Assembly: GCA_951406725.2 (NCBI GenBank)
Contig: OX597834.1
Coordinates: forward strand, 29,388,001 to 29,452,000
DNA: 64,000 nt
Source of the DNA: Octopus vulgaris
Lineage: Eukaryota
Direction: 5' to 3'
In this document: positions 39,035-51,428 of the stretch, piece after piece
Layout of the letters: each line of letters begins with the position of its first letter
How positions within the stretch are numbered: the first letter of the stretch is position 1
Notes under the pieces: model-generated
Told to the model about the DNA's origin: nothing
Seen by the model: the letters and a program-made list of their open reading frames with translations, nothing else
Database searches by the model: none
Position numbers and translations under genes: made by a program

Positions 39035-39503
39035 ATCATCATCATCATTGTTTAACGTCCGTTTTCCATGCTGGCATGGGTTGGACGGTTTGACTGGGGT
39101 CTGGGAATCCAGGAAGCTGCACCAGGCCCCAATCTGATCTGGCAGTGTTTCTACAGCTGGATGCCCTTCCCTACGCTAGCCACTCCGAGGGTGTAGTGGG
39201 TGCTTTTTACGTGCTACTGGCATGGAAGCCAGTCAAGTCGACACTGGCATTGGCCACGTTCGGATGGTGCTTTTTACACCATCTTCCTCGGTCTCCCTCT
39301 ACCCTGGATTCCTTCCACTATTTGGGAGTGGCACTTCTTCACACAGCTCTCCTCATCCATCCACAGTACATGACCATACCAACGCAAACGTCTCTCTTGC
39401 ACGCCACATCCAATGCTTCTTATGTCTAACATGTCTCTCAGGGTGCTTACACTGTTATGTGTGCACACTGACATTACACATCCAGCGGATCATGCTCGCT
39501 TCA
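39035..39503 (-). mobile_element. RTE-clade LINE 3' end: ORF C-terminus joined to the family D 3'UTR
   Basis: ORF 39274-39474 QERRLRWYGHVLWMDEESCVKKC...GRGRPRK is the RTE C-terminal signature. It is contiguous with family D sequence and the (GAT)n tail, which identifies family D as the LINE's UTR. Confidence 0.85.
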
Positions 39504-39899
39504 TGACCATGAGAGAGGACCAAAGTGTACATACACTGCTATATTTTATATATAAAAAATACAAAAAGGGGACAAGAATGCAAAACATCTAGACAGGTGA
39601 TACAAAAAAGAGACAACAAAACATCCAGACAGACGATATAAGGAAAACAAGGACGGGTCATTCGGAGTTTTCTATCCTCAGTCGAGTTCCAGATTATCTT
39701 TGCAATTTCAGCTGGTTCTACTCGAGATTGCTCCAATCTGGCCAGCCCCAAGGAAAAAATGGCATGAATGAAACCCTCAGCCATTTAATTCCTTTTGTAA
39801 ATTTCTGCCAATTAAAAGTATGAAACAAAATATTCTCATGTACAAAGTTCTGGTCCTGTTTATTGCATCAAAACTCTGTGTGTGTGTGTGTGTGTATGT

Positions 39900-39965
<66 letters not shown>

Positions 39966-40360
39966 ACATGTGTGTGTGTGTGTACACTCACATAGAAACA
40001 CCCATTTTAAAAATGTAAAAAGAAATGTAAATGAAATACTTAGAACCGTCTCATCTAGATCTTGACTGATCTTGTTGACCATGCTAACAATAATTGTAGT
40101 TTATGAGTGTCATTCATTTCCAATCTTCTGCAAAAAACATGTCTGGTCACAGAGAAATATCACTGCTTTTGGAAACAGGTGAGATTTCACAACAAAAGGG
40201 TCATTTGGCCATAGAAATTCTGCAGCAATAAACACAATAAATTTTGTTTGATCCATGCAAGTATAGAAAAATAACGCCAAACAATGATGATAAGGATGAT
40301 GATGATGATGATGATAGTGGTGGTGGTGGTGGTAGTAATGATGATGATGATAATAGTAAT

Positions 40361-40590
40361 AAGGCAGCAAGCTGGCAGAACCATTAGCATGCCGGGTGAA
40401 ATTCGTAACCGTATTTCGTCTGCCGTTACGTTGTGAGTTCAAATTCCGCCGAGGTCGACTTTGCTTTTCATCCTTTCGGGGTCGATAAATTAAGTACCAG
40501 TTACGCACTGGGGTCGATGTAATCGACTTAATACCTATGTCTGTCCTTGTTTGTCCCCTCTGTGTTTAGCCCCTTGTGGGTAATAAAAAA
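40361..40590 (+). mobile_element. SINE family C, full length
   Basis: Near-identical to 37309-37544 (inverted). Flanking AATAGTAATAAG at 40352-40363 and 40595-40606. Confidence 0.9.
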
Positions 40591-40997
40591 AACAAATAGT
40601 AATAAGAACAATAACAAAATGTAAATAATGAACAATAGTTAATAATTATAGTAATCACAATGATTTAAATGAAGACAAGACATTGGGGGTTATTCTCCTC
40701 TCAACCATCTCTAAAGAGTTTTAGTCCTTGGACTGTGGCCATGCTGGAACACCACATTTATTATGAGTTGTGAATTAAGAAACTGATAAATTCTGAGAAG
40801 GAATATCCAACAGGACTGATCATTGCTTTCCATTGATTTAAGTGACATGGTGAGCTGTTATTGACCATGACCCAGTAGCTCGGTCAGAGGGAAGTTGTTC
40901 TTTGAATTAATTATAAACATGTTTAACGAGAAAACAAAGAACATTAATTTAGCTTGTTGCAGCTCTCCACTCAACTATCTTTCCCAACTTTTGTAGA

Positions 40998-41285
40998 GGA
41001 GACAGAGCAAAGTAGGGGGGACAGAGCGAAGTAGGGGGGAACAGTGCGAAGTAGAGGGGACAGTGTGATGTAGGGGGGACAGAGTGAAGTAGGGGGGGAC
41101 AGTGCGAAGTAAGGGGGACAGAGTGAAGTAGGGGGGCAGTGCGAAGTGGGGGGACAGAGTGAAGTAGGGGGGGCAGTGCGAGGTGGGGGGACAGAGTGAA
41201 GTAGGGGGGACAGAGTGAAGTAGGTGGACAGTGCGAAGTAGGAGGGACAGAGTGAAGTAGGTGGGGCAGAGCGAAGTAGGGGGGA
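40998..41285 (+). repeat. G-rich ~20-bp minisatellite
   Basis: About 14-15 units of GGGGGGACAG(A/T)G(T/C)GAAGTA with variable G-run length. Confidence 0.9.
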
Positions 41286-41449
41286 TGGTTAAAGTATGGA
41301 TGAAGTCAACAGTTTCCTCTATACAAAAGCAAGAAAATAAAAGAAAACAATCAATTGCAGAACATTATTCACACACACACACATATATATACATGTATGT
41401 TTGTATGTATGTGAGAGTGTGTGTATGTATGTATGTATAAATATATATG

Positions 41450-41521
<72 letters not shown>

Positions 41522-42070
41522 TATAGGCACAGGCATATCTCTGTGGCTATGAAGCTTGTTTGTTTGGTTGTACAGGGCAGCAGCTATAATAACCCTGGGC
41601 CAACCAATGTCTTGTCAGTGAATTTAGTAGAAGGAAACTGTATGGAAGCCTATTATATACATTAAGGGCTTGGAAGGGTACAAAGATGGAGTATTTCCAA
41701 TTTAGCACCCAACCCAAGCTTTAAGCTATCTACATTCTTGATTTGCTGCCTTAAGAAAGATTGAAATCTTTCAGGTATAGAAAATCCAGGTGTCACATCA
41801 GTAAAATCAAAATTTGGGATTAGTGAAGGGTAAAAACGTAATCCAAATGATACAAAAACCTATTTCTCTGGCTTCTTATTTGAATTATGTGTGTGTGTGT
41901 GTTTGTTTTCTCCTCTGTTTAACAACTGGTGTTGGTCTATTTATGTCCCCATTGCTTAGCATCTCAGCAAAAGAAATTGATAGATAAAGTACAAGACTTG
42001 ACAAATAAATGCTGGGAGTGATTGTTTCAACTTAATCTTTTTCGACACACACATCCACACACATCTACAT

Positions 42071-42123
<53 letters not shown>

Positions 42124-42145
42124 CCCTCATATACATATACTTAAT

Positions 42146-42365
42146 ATCTCAATCGAAGGAGAGGGGCTTTCTCCGTCCGGGTTGCGGATCCGTGGAATAA
42201 GCTGCCAGACGAGATGGTGAAGATGCCGACGACCGCTTTGTTCAAAGTCTCCCTTGACCTCAAGTGGCCTGAACTCTTTACATGAACACCACCCTGTACA
42301 TAACTCCATGTCCCCCTACATGGCCTTGCTTTTTGCTTTTTGAGCCAAAAAATTAACTAACTAAC
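42146..42365 (+). mobile_element. CR1-clade LINE 3' end
   Basis: LNRRRGAFSVRVADPWNKLPDEMVKMPTTALFKVSLD matches FS.RV...WN.LP...V......FK..LD. Short UTR and (TAAC)n tail. Confidence 0.85.
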
Positions 42366-42895
42366 CACAATTAAGAGGACATTGCCACTCACTGTATTTA
42401 GCATAGCGAAGAACTAAAGCTCGGCTCCTGAGATAAAACATAAGGACTGTTTATTTAGAGATGAACTCAATTGCTCAATCAATAAGCAATTAAAACAGTA
42501 ATAAAAAAAAAATGCAAAATATCTACAAAACTATAAAATACACACACAATACAAAAATAATATAAACAAATATAACGTTTTAGTGTTTATTTATTTATTT
42601 TTTATTTCCAGTTGATTAGGAAAACAAAATCCGCAAGCGATAACAAAACGATGTCCAGTCAATGGAGCGATTGGTGAAGCAGGCAGTGCAGTGCATAGAT
42701 GTGGAGGGTTATTTATTTTAAATTAGATCTATTATAAGGAGGGACGTTTTTGTCTGGGAAGAAATAAAGGGTAAATAGGATATGTAATTAGGTTCTGCAT
42801 GAGTGCAGCTACAACGGGGGAGTAGCAGCAGCAGCAGCAGCAGTAGCAGCAATGTCATAATGCATCGGTAAGCGAGGACAATTGCAGCAACAACA

Positions 42896-43375
42896 TCTTT
42901 TGTCTTTTACACATTTCATTCATTGGTCGGTGGCCATGCTGGGGCACCACCTCGAAGGAACATTTTGAGTCAATTCCACTTATTTTGTCAATCTCTTTTG
43001 CCAAACTACTAATGTTACAGGGACATAAATGAACTAACACCGGTTGTCAAGCAGTGAAGAAGGCGTCAAGAAGTTTCAAGAAGGTGGCGAGCTTGTAGAA
43101 ACGGTAGCACGCCAGGCGAAATGCTTTGCAGTATTTCGCCCGTCGTTACGTTCTGAGTTCAAATTCCGCCGAGGTCGACTTTGCCTTTCATCCTTTCGGG
43201 GTCGATTAAATAAGTACCAGTTATGCACTGGGGTCGATATAATCGACTTAATCTGTCTGTCTGTCCTTGTTTGTCCTCTCTGTGTTTAGCCCCTTGTGGG
43301 TAGTAAAGAAATAGGTTGTCAAGCAGTGATGGGAAACAAACCACACAAATACACACACACACACACACACACACA

Positions 43376-43437
<62 letters not shown>

Positions 43438-43593
43438 TTGTGCTTTTTTCTGTTTCTTCCATCAACCACATTCTCTCACAAGGCTTTGGTCAGCCCAGGT
43501 CTATAGAAGAAAACATTTGACCAAGGTTTCACACAGTGGGATTGAACTCAGAACCATGTAATTTGGAAGCAACCTCTTACCAAACAGCCATGC
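42896..43593 (-). mobile_element. Old family B SINE interrupted by a family C insertion
   Basis: Decayed B tail (42896-43057), expanded internal (CA)n(TA)n and B head (43447-43593). Confidence 0.7.
43081..43316 (+). mobile_element. SINE family C with perfect 16-bp TSD
   Basis: GGTTGTCAAGCAGTGA at 43042-43057 and 43314-43329. Confidence 0.9.
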
Positions 43594-44417
43594 CGGAGCA
43601 AATATAATACAAAAAAATAATGCAAAATAATTGCAAAAATAGTAAAGGCGGTGCTCCAGCATGGCCGTAGTCAAATGACTGAAACAAGTAAAAGAGAAAA
43701 GAGAAAGGAGAAAGAGCAGATAAAAAGCTACAATAAGAACAAAAACAATAGCAAAGAATTGTCCAGCTTTGTAAAATATTTAATTTCGGGTACTTTATTT
43801 GCCGTGGTTTATGCTGTGCAGATGATTTCAAGCAAGGATGAAATGGCACTATTCATGGCAACCAACAATAGAAAATTTTCAGATCTTTACAATATATAAG
43901 AAAACAAAAGAAAGAAAGATGAAATATTGTGTGCTGTTGGTTCATTACCTTTTCATTTCAAATTCAAACTTCCAATTGTGCTTTGATAAAATCTAGAAAG
44001 TTTTGTCTTCTTTACAATGGCCAGTCTCTTGGTGCAAACTACGTGTTGAATAATAAAAGGATTTAGAGACAAACTGCATTAAAACACAGCAACTGAGTTT
44101 AATGAAGGGAGGCAATATGTGACCGCCTAGAAATAACAGCAAAGTCATAGTCTCCTATCTTCCACCAAATTACTAGGCATCGTCTTAAATGCAGGAGAAG
44201 ACACAATGAACAATTCTGTCCAATTCAATGCTGAGCCAACGTGTTTGAGAGGAGGGACAAGTTGACTGGTATTTTATTGATCTCAGAAGGATAAAAGGCA
44301 AACTTATCCTCAGTAGTATTTGAACTCAGAACTTAAAGACACACTAAAAATGCTGCTGAGGATTTTATCTGACACATTATTGCTTCTACAAGCTCATTGC
44401 CCTAATAATAATAATAA

Positions 44418-44622
44418 TGGCTTCAAATTTTGGCACAAGGCCAGCAGTTACAGGGGAGAGGTTAAGTTGATTGCGTTGACCCCCAGTTCATAACTGGTAC
44501 ATATTTTATCAATCCCAAAAGGATGAAGGGCAAAGTCAGCCTTGGCAAAATTTGAACTCAGAATGTAAAGATGGATGAAATGCAGTGAAGCATTTTGTCT
44601 GGGAGTCTAATGATTCCGTCAG
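44418..44622 (-). mobile_element. SINE family C'
   Basis: ttcaaattttggcacaaggccagcag...aaggatgaagggcaaagtcagccttggcaaaatttgaactcagaatgtaaagatggatgaaa. An adjacent copy lies at 44260-44403. Confidence 0.75.
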
Positions 44623-44865
44623 AATACTATAGCCTTAGATATCAGAAAAAAGAATGAGATGGTCATGGCTAGAATGTCTTTGATTCAAGGGTTTGTTCAA
44701 TCATGGTGACCTCAGTTAAACAACAATACTAAGAATACAACAACAAATGCAACAGGCATAAAACCACCCCACTTTTATGATGGTGACACTCATTTACAAT
44801 TATTATGCAGCATCAAGATAAGAAGACTAACACACATACATATGTATGCATATATATATATATAT

Positions 44866-45238
44866 ATATATATATAAATGGCAAAATGTGTGTGTGTGTG
44901 TGTGTGTGTGTGTCCTTTATACAAATCTACAATTTTTCAGTTAGAGGGCTCACACTTTCTATGGTCATTTAAAACCGTCCAAGGGTGGTCGTGCACATCT
45001 TTACATTTCCCCAATCACCCAACAAAGCCATTAAAAAATCAACAGAAGAGACTTTTTTGAGAATTTTCTATCCAAAACCCAATCAAAATGCCCGAAACTT
45101 GATACGCCAATTGAATGCCAGCTAGTTGTATGTGATTGGTCAGAGATTTGGATAGTACTCGTGTGTATGTGCGCACACACGCAGCTGTATATGCATGCAC
45201 TAGCACTATGACCCGGCAACACCAGGTCATAGTACTAG
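44866..45238 (+). mobile_element. Non-autonomous Helitron-like element
   Basis: TATATATAAA start merged into (TA)n, an internal (TG)n, a subterminal GC-containing hairpin and a terminal CTAG (45235-45238) followed by T. No TSD. Confidence 0.7.
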
Positions 45239-45759
45239 TATATATATATAATATGGGCTTCTTTCAGTTTCTATCTAGCAAATCCACTCACAAGGCTTCG
45301 GTGGACCTGGGGCCTATAGTGGAAAACACTTGCCCAGCAAATAAAGGAGCAAAACAACATGTGCAGAGAGAGTAAAACTGCTTGGAAAAGGTAAATAAAT
45401 AAATATAGAAAACAGCACCAAAAAAAAGTGTAAATGAATGCATGAGAAAAGTTGTTGCAAATAAGAATGCATTGTTGTATTCTGTTGACCACTTTTGTGG
45501 TCATCTAGCATTGTTATCATTCATTATCAGCCACTAATGAAACCATAAGGTCTCCGATCAATTTATCTATCTCCATATTTGTATCATCATCATCAGTGTC
45601 ATCACAAACTAAACTGAAATCCTCATATATCCAGAGAGAGAAATGGTGTATATAAAGAAAAACTTACTTGGAGAATAAGAAAACAATGCGAGGCGTTCAA
45701 TCATATAATAACAATTTAATAAATAAACGAATTTTTCCACCATCTAGGCTTAAAAAAAA

Positions 45760-46110
45760 GCCCTTATTGTTGGTTTCCTTGTCCTGTTTTTATTCTTTAT
45801 GTGTATTGTTTTTTTCTTCATTTGTATTGCTTTTACGTCCTGTTCTTGTCACTTTTTTTACCCCTCTGCAAAAGAATTTTATTTGATTCATTTTGCAGGA
45901 AGGACTGTTTCGGCCGGATCGTGTTCTGCCCTTACCTTCGAAACACGCATTGAGTCGAAACAGGGGCAGCTGATGAAGGAGAATGTTTCTTGTGTTGTTT
46001 GTCTTGTACTCTGTTATTTTCGTTGTTAAAAAAAGTCCGTTTCCTTGTTTGATTTTATGTTTTCGTTTCTCGTTGTGTTCTACGTTTATTTGTGGTGTCC
46101 TGTACTCATA
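45760..46110 (+). mobile_element. Possible Penelope-like terminal remnant
   Basis: T-rich insert with CTGTTTCGGC...GTCGAAACAG inverted arms and CTGATGAAG, ending in a TA-rich tract. Confidence 0.3.
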
Positions 46111-46644
46111 TATGCATGTATATATACATATAGATGTAGGTATGTACATATATGTATGTATATGTGTATAAAGAAACATCTCTGACAAAAATGAAAAAAA
46201 AAATGGAGAAAGGAAATTTAAAACTTTTAAGAAAAGAAAGAAAAGAAAACATTCTGCTTTAATCAGAAAAAAAACCCCGAATAAATATAATTAAAAAGAA
46301 TAACGAAACAATTCAAAAGGCAGGAAATGTCAAATTGTGATGTTTATACATTTTTAGAACTTTCTAGAACTGTTTCCCTCTAAAATATCCTTCACATATT
46401 GTTTAGGTTATTTTTTTTTCTTTTTGTCGCCCAAAACAGAGGCCTTTAAACTTTGGTTGCAACAACTTATATAACAATTAAAGGAAGCCTCTATGTGGCT
46501 GTTTGAGCTGCTACAAATAGCAGCCAAATCTTCCTGCTATTTGACAAAGGACATATTGGTTAAGGTGGCCTTGAATACAAACATACACCATTCATACCTA
46601 TATATGCATACAAACATATATGCATATATATATATATATATATA

Positions 46645-46803
46645 AATTATAATAAAGGGTTAATTGCAACAAGTTGCTCAAAACCACATTAGCCCTTTAT
46701 TATAATTAATATAATCCTTACCAAATATGGTCATTTTCATACCGAAAAAACTACTGGGTGAAATTTATTAATTTTATTAAATTAATTATATTTCACCCTT
46801 TAC

Positions 46804-46805
<2 letters not shown>
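46645..46805. repeat. (TA)n-embedded insert with two hairpins
   Basis: Arms 46645-46664 vs 46688-46707 (19/20), and GGGTGAAAT...ATTTCACCC at 46756-46798. Confidence 0.65.
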
Positions 46806-46894
<89 letters not shown>

Positions 46895-47414
46895 TGTGTG
46901 TGTGTGTGCCTGTATACATACATACATGCACAATATCTGTGAAAACGATGGGTTGGGCAAGGCTGGCTACCACCCCCACAACAGCAATACTCCTGCCACC
47001 ACCAACATAGCCGTAAAACCAATTCTCAATGCTACTCCACCCCACCATGACTACTACCAACAAAAACACTCCAATCCAGGATCTATGAGGTTGTTTGACC
47101 AGCCAGAAATAGCAGCTAAATCTGACATAAAAGCCACACCACTTAGTGTGATTTGAAGTAGGAGTGATTTAGGCAACATGGTAGTGTTGGTTGCTGTATT
47201 AGTGGTTGTTATAGAAGTTGTGGTTGTAGTAGTAGTTGTATTAGCGGTTGTTAATATAAGTTGTGGTTGTTGTGGTGATGGTATTCATACATAAAAAAAA
47301 GATGGGATGGTCACATTGGAATGCTTTTGATCACAAGTTTCTTCAATCAGGGCTCATAGGGGGTCGTTACACAACAACCTACTTTCAACAAACACTAACA
47401 TCACCATGCATAAG

Positions 47415-47610
47415 CCTGTATGTGGTCCCCCAGTTTGCTTGAAATACCAGCCAAATAATACTTTACAGTCTTAAAAGGAAAGGACATTAGATAAAGTAGG
47501 CTTAGATACTCCACAGAAGAGGTGAGAGTCAGAGAGCTATGATGCGTTTGATGATGGAGCGAGTCAATTATGACTCACCTGGGGCTAAACAACAATGACC
47601 ATAACAACAA
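47415..47610 (+). mobile_element. Old dispersed repeat, family G (SINE-like, (CAA)n tail)
   Basis: Motifs GCTAGAAATAGCAGCCAAATC...GTCTTAAAA...GGACATT...TTTGATCA...CTGACCTGGGGCTAAACAAC recur in decayed form at about 17110, 44125, 44655, 46485, 47085, 47300, 50250, 50715 and 55885. Confidence 0.6.
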
Positions 47611-47905
47611 CAAAACTACAGCGACCATCACCACTCGTCTCTGTTTAATACCCTATGCCACCACCACCACCACCACCATTCCTCTTCTCTACCTAATGCC
47701 AATGTCTTGTAGAAATCTTAATCCATTCGAAGTTGGTCACAAAATGCAGGTCTTACAAAGTGATACACAAACCCCCTCCTCTCGCTTTCTTCCTTTCTCT
47801 TTCATTCCACTTCACTTCCCCTATTTATCCCTATTCTTTTTCCCTTCCAACTGACCAGGTTCATGTCTATTCTAACACCCACTGTCCAGTCAGCCTGTCT
47901 GTCTG

Positions 47906-47941
<36 letters not shown>

Positions 47942-48951
47942 TCTAAATGCATTCCAACCCATCTCATCACACAATGACCACCCCCACCACAACCTCCACC
48001 ACAAACTCCATCACCACTACAGCAGAGGTTTAAGAAAATCCGCATCCTCCTCTAGCTGCTCCCTTCCACATTTACACACACACACACACACACACACATA
48101 CACATACCCTGCCCTCCTCTTTCTGGACCTCCGCAAGACCCTCACCTCATACCCCACCAACTACCAAATCCCCCCCACAATTAAGATATTCATAAATAAA
48201 TGGTCATCTTTCCAGATTTTAAACGCTTGTTTGCCTAATGTCAGAAGATTTTTTCCCCAGTGTCTCCATCCTCCTTCATTCTCTTTCTCAGCCTTTCTCT
48301 CTCTCTCTCTCCCTTGCTCTTTCCTTCTCTCTCCCTTTCACACACACACACACACACAGTTATTCACTCGGTGTTCCTTTGGACAGGAAACCTAAACGGA
48401 AACAATTTTAGGGAAGATGTGATAAGCTGTTAATACAATAATTTTGCATTTTTTTATTTTTTTTATTTATACATTTCTTTTTTTCTTAGTCTTTTTTTTC
48501 TTTCTTTTTGCCGCAATATTTTCTTTGACCATCTGCTCCACATTTTTGAGTGATTTCTTCAAACACGTGGAACACCCCAACCCCGCCAACACACATACAC
48601 ATGTCTGCATGTGTGTATTTGCATTTTTGTGGTTATGTTATATACACACATACACACACACACACACACATATTTGTGCATGCACACATAAATAAATACA
48701 CAAACGCATATAAATCTCCTAATACATATTTCAGCATGTAACAAAGTACTCAATACTCTGAAATAGGGTTAAAATAAAATATAGTGCAATCTAATATATA
48801 TATATATATATATAATATAATATAATATAATATAAATAATGTTAGATAAGGCTGGTTTATGAGATTTTATATACTGGTCTTTAACTTAGCATGTGCTTCT
48901 GTTTGGGATTTATGTTTACAGACAAGATATTTATATATATATATATATTTT

Positions 48952-49295
48952 AGGAGTGGCTATGTGGTAAGTAGCTTGTTTACCAACCACATGGTTCCGG
49001 GTTCAGTCCCACTGCGTGGCACCTTGGGCAAGTGTCTTCTACTATAGCCTCGGGCCAACCAAAGCCTTGTGAGTGGATTTGGTAGACGGAAACTGAAAGA
49101 AGCCCGTCGTATATATGTATATAAAAATGTATGTGCATGTATGTTTGTGTGTCTGTGTTTGTCCCCCTAGCATTGCTTGACAACCGATGCTGGTGTGTTT
49201 ATGTCCCCGTCACTTAGCGGTTCGGCAAAAGAGACCGATAGAATAAGTACTGGGCTTACAAAAGAATAAGTCCCGGGGTTGAGTTGCTCGATTAA
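48952..49295 (+). mobile_element. SINE family B
   Basis: Full head and core and a short internal microsatellite. The terminal ~45 bp are missing. Flanked by (TA)n. Confidence 0.9.
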
Positions 49296-49307
49296 AGAGA
49301 AAAAAGA

Positions 49308-49360
<53 letters not shown>

Positions 49361-49804
49361 AAGAAAAAGAAAATGGAGATTGGGAAGTTAATAACTGTTT
49401 ATTATTAACAGCAAATTAATCACCATGCTTTACAAAAGCACACACAGAGGTACATACCCACACCTGCACAGACACACATGTATGTACACATGCACTCAGA
49501 CACACACACATGTACTTATATACGTATAATACACACACACATATGCACATACATGTATGCATATATACTTATGTAATATATACGTATATACACAGATGCA
49601 CATACATACGTCTGCACACAGATGCACATACATACGTATGCATACACACACTTACATGCATACATACATACATCCGTACATACATACACTTACATGCATA
49701 AACACATAATTTTGTCTTACCTTTTTCTAGTAATTGATATTATTTATGTTGTTGTATTTTTAATTTGCTGATCACAATCAAATAAAACCCCTAATTACAA
49801 TTAA

Positions 49805-50026
49805 CCCTTTCGTTACCAACCTGGCCAAAACTGCCCCTGGATCTGTAATACAAATGTTTTGTTTTCATAAGTTTTGAGTTAAAATCTTCCACCAAACCTT
49901 AGTCACAATTTATGTTCCTAACACTAGCTTAATGATAACAAAGTTATTTTACTAAATTCTTTGTTATATTTAAAATAATTGAAAGAAATACAGAGCATCT
50001 CAACAGAAATATGGTAACAAAAGGGG
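49805..50026. mobile_element. piggyBac-type MITE (family E), copy 3
   Basis: TTAA (49801-49804) CCCTTTCGTTAC...GTAACAAAAGGGG TTAA (50027-50030). Confidence 0.9.
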
Positions 50027-50372
50027 TTAATGATCATTGTTTTAACATCTATTTCTCAATGCTTGCATGGGTCAGATGGAGTTTATTCAGATAAATTTTC
50101 TATGGTCAGACACCCATCCTATTGTCAACTCTCACATAAAAGAAGAACTCTTAGTCGGCTCTAGTACTTTCCGTAGGGTTTACTTTTTCATTTTGATTTG
50201 CTTTAACATTTTTTCTTTTTTTAAGATTATCATTTAAAAAAATGATTGACTAGAAATAGCAGCTAAACCTTCAAATTACTCATTGCCATCTTAGAAAAGA
50301 AGTAATGGAATTGATGTAATTATAGATATACTATATCTAGAAACAAAAGTGAATGAGGTGGTCACGCATAGC

Positions 50373-50427
50373 AGGAATACTGTGATCATAGGAATACTGT
50401 GATCATAGGAATACTGTGATCATAGGT
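50373..50427. repeat. 17-bp unit x3
   Basis: AGGAATACTGTGATCAT repeated three times inside a family G copy. Confidence 0.85.
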
Positions 50428-51255
50428 CTGGACAATCCGACTCAAAGAAGAAAAATAAAAACAAACATTTCAATTTTTTTTGTTTTTATTTTTGTGGCAG
50501 GTACAAAATTTCACATAAAAACCCAACACAGACTCATGGGCATAAACCCAGGCAGCAAAACAAATTACAAGGTGGCCCCTATGCCCACCTTTCTTAATCT
50601 GAGCTGAACCTGAAACCACACGAGTGCAAAGCAAGTTTCTTAACTACACAGCCATGCTTGGAGAAAATATGTGTTAAAAAAATGTTGGAAGAAAGTCGCT
50701 GTTTTATATGGACAGTTTAGATTGCTAGAAATAATAACCACATCTCTCAAGACTCACACTATTGTCTTAAATAAGGAAGGACATGTTGGACAATATAATC
50801 TGGACTGAGATGTCTTTGATCAATGGTCTGCTTGCATCAGTGCTCACAAGGGACACAACAAACACATACATGCACGTATACATACATACACAAATATATA
50901 CATACACACACAAACATAATTCTTTCAAGGAATTGCAATGATTTTTAGTTTAGAGTGAAAAATGAGATTGAAAATTCATTAAAAATATCATTAAATATTT
51001 ATAATTGGAATATGCAGAGTTACTAAAATTCTTTTGTTATCGACTGTACACAGCTTGTTATTTTCTAGGAAAATTACATGGAACTAGACAAAAAAATATA
51101 TATCAAAGAACACAAGAGATTTCTTTATTACAGTCTGATGTGAAAGGAATTTGAATATCTGTTAATATTTTATTGCAATTTTAAGATGTTTTGGGGCTCT
51201 GAGTTTGGTGAACAAATTAATTGTGTTTAGATTAGAAATCAGAAAAGACCTCCAT

Positions 51256-51310
<55 letters not shown>

Positions 51311-51387
51311 TTCTCTCAGTCTCTTGATGTATGAATATATATGTGTGTTTGTGTATGTGTCTATGTATATATGTTTGTGTATGTGTG

Positions 51388-51428
<41 letters not shown>

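Noticed and set aside
42611-42676. Possible plus-strand exon after a T-rich acceptor
   Set aside because: The peptide (LIRKTKSASDNKTMSSQWSDW*) is short and unrecognisable and the donor is weak. Kept only as a unique island.
45905-45985. Hammerhead in the CGAAAC...CTGATGAAG region
   Set aside because: The core halves cannot be arranged with valid stems I and II in any topology I could build.
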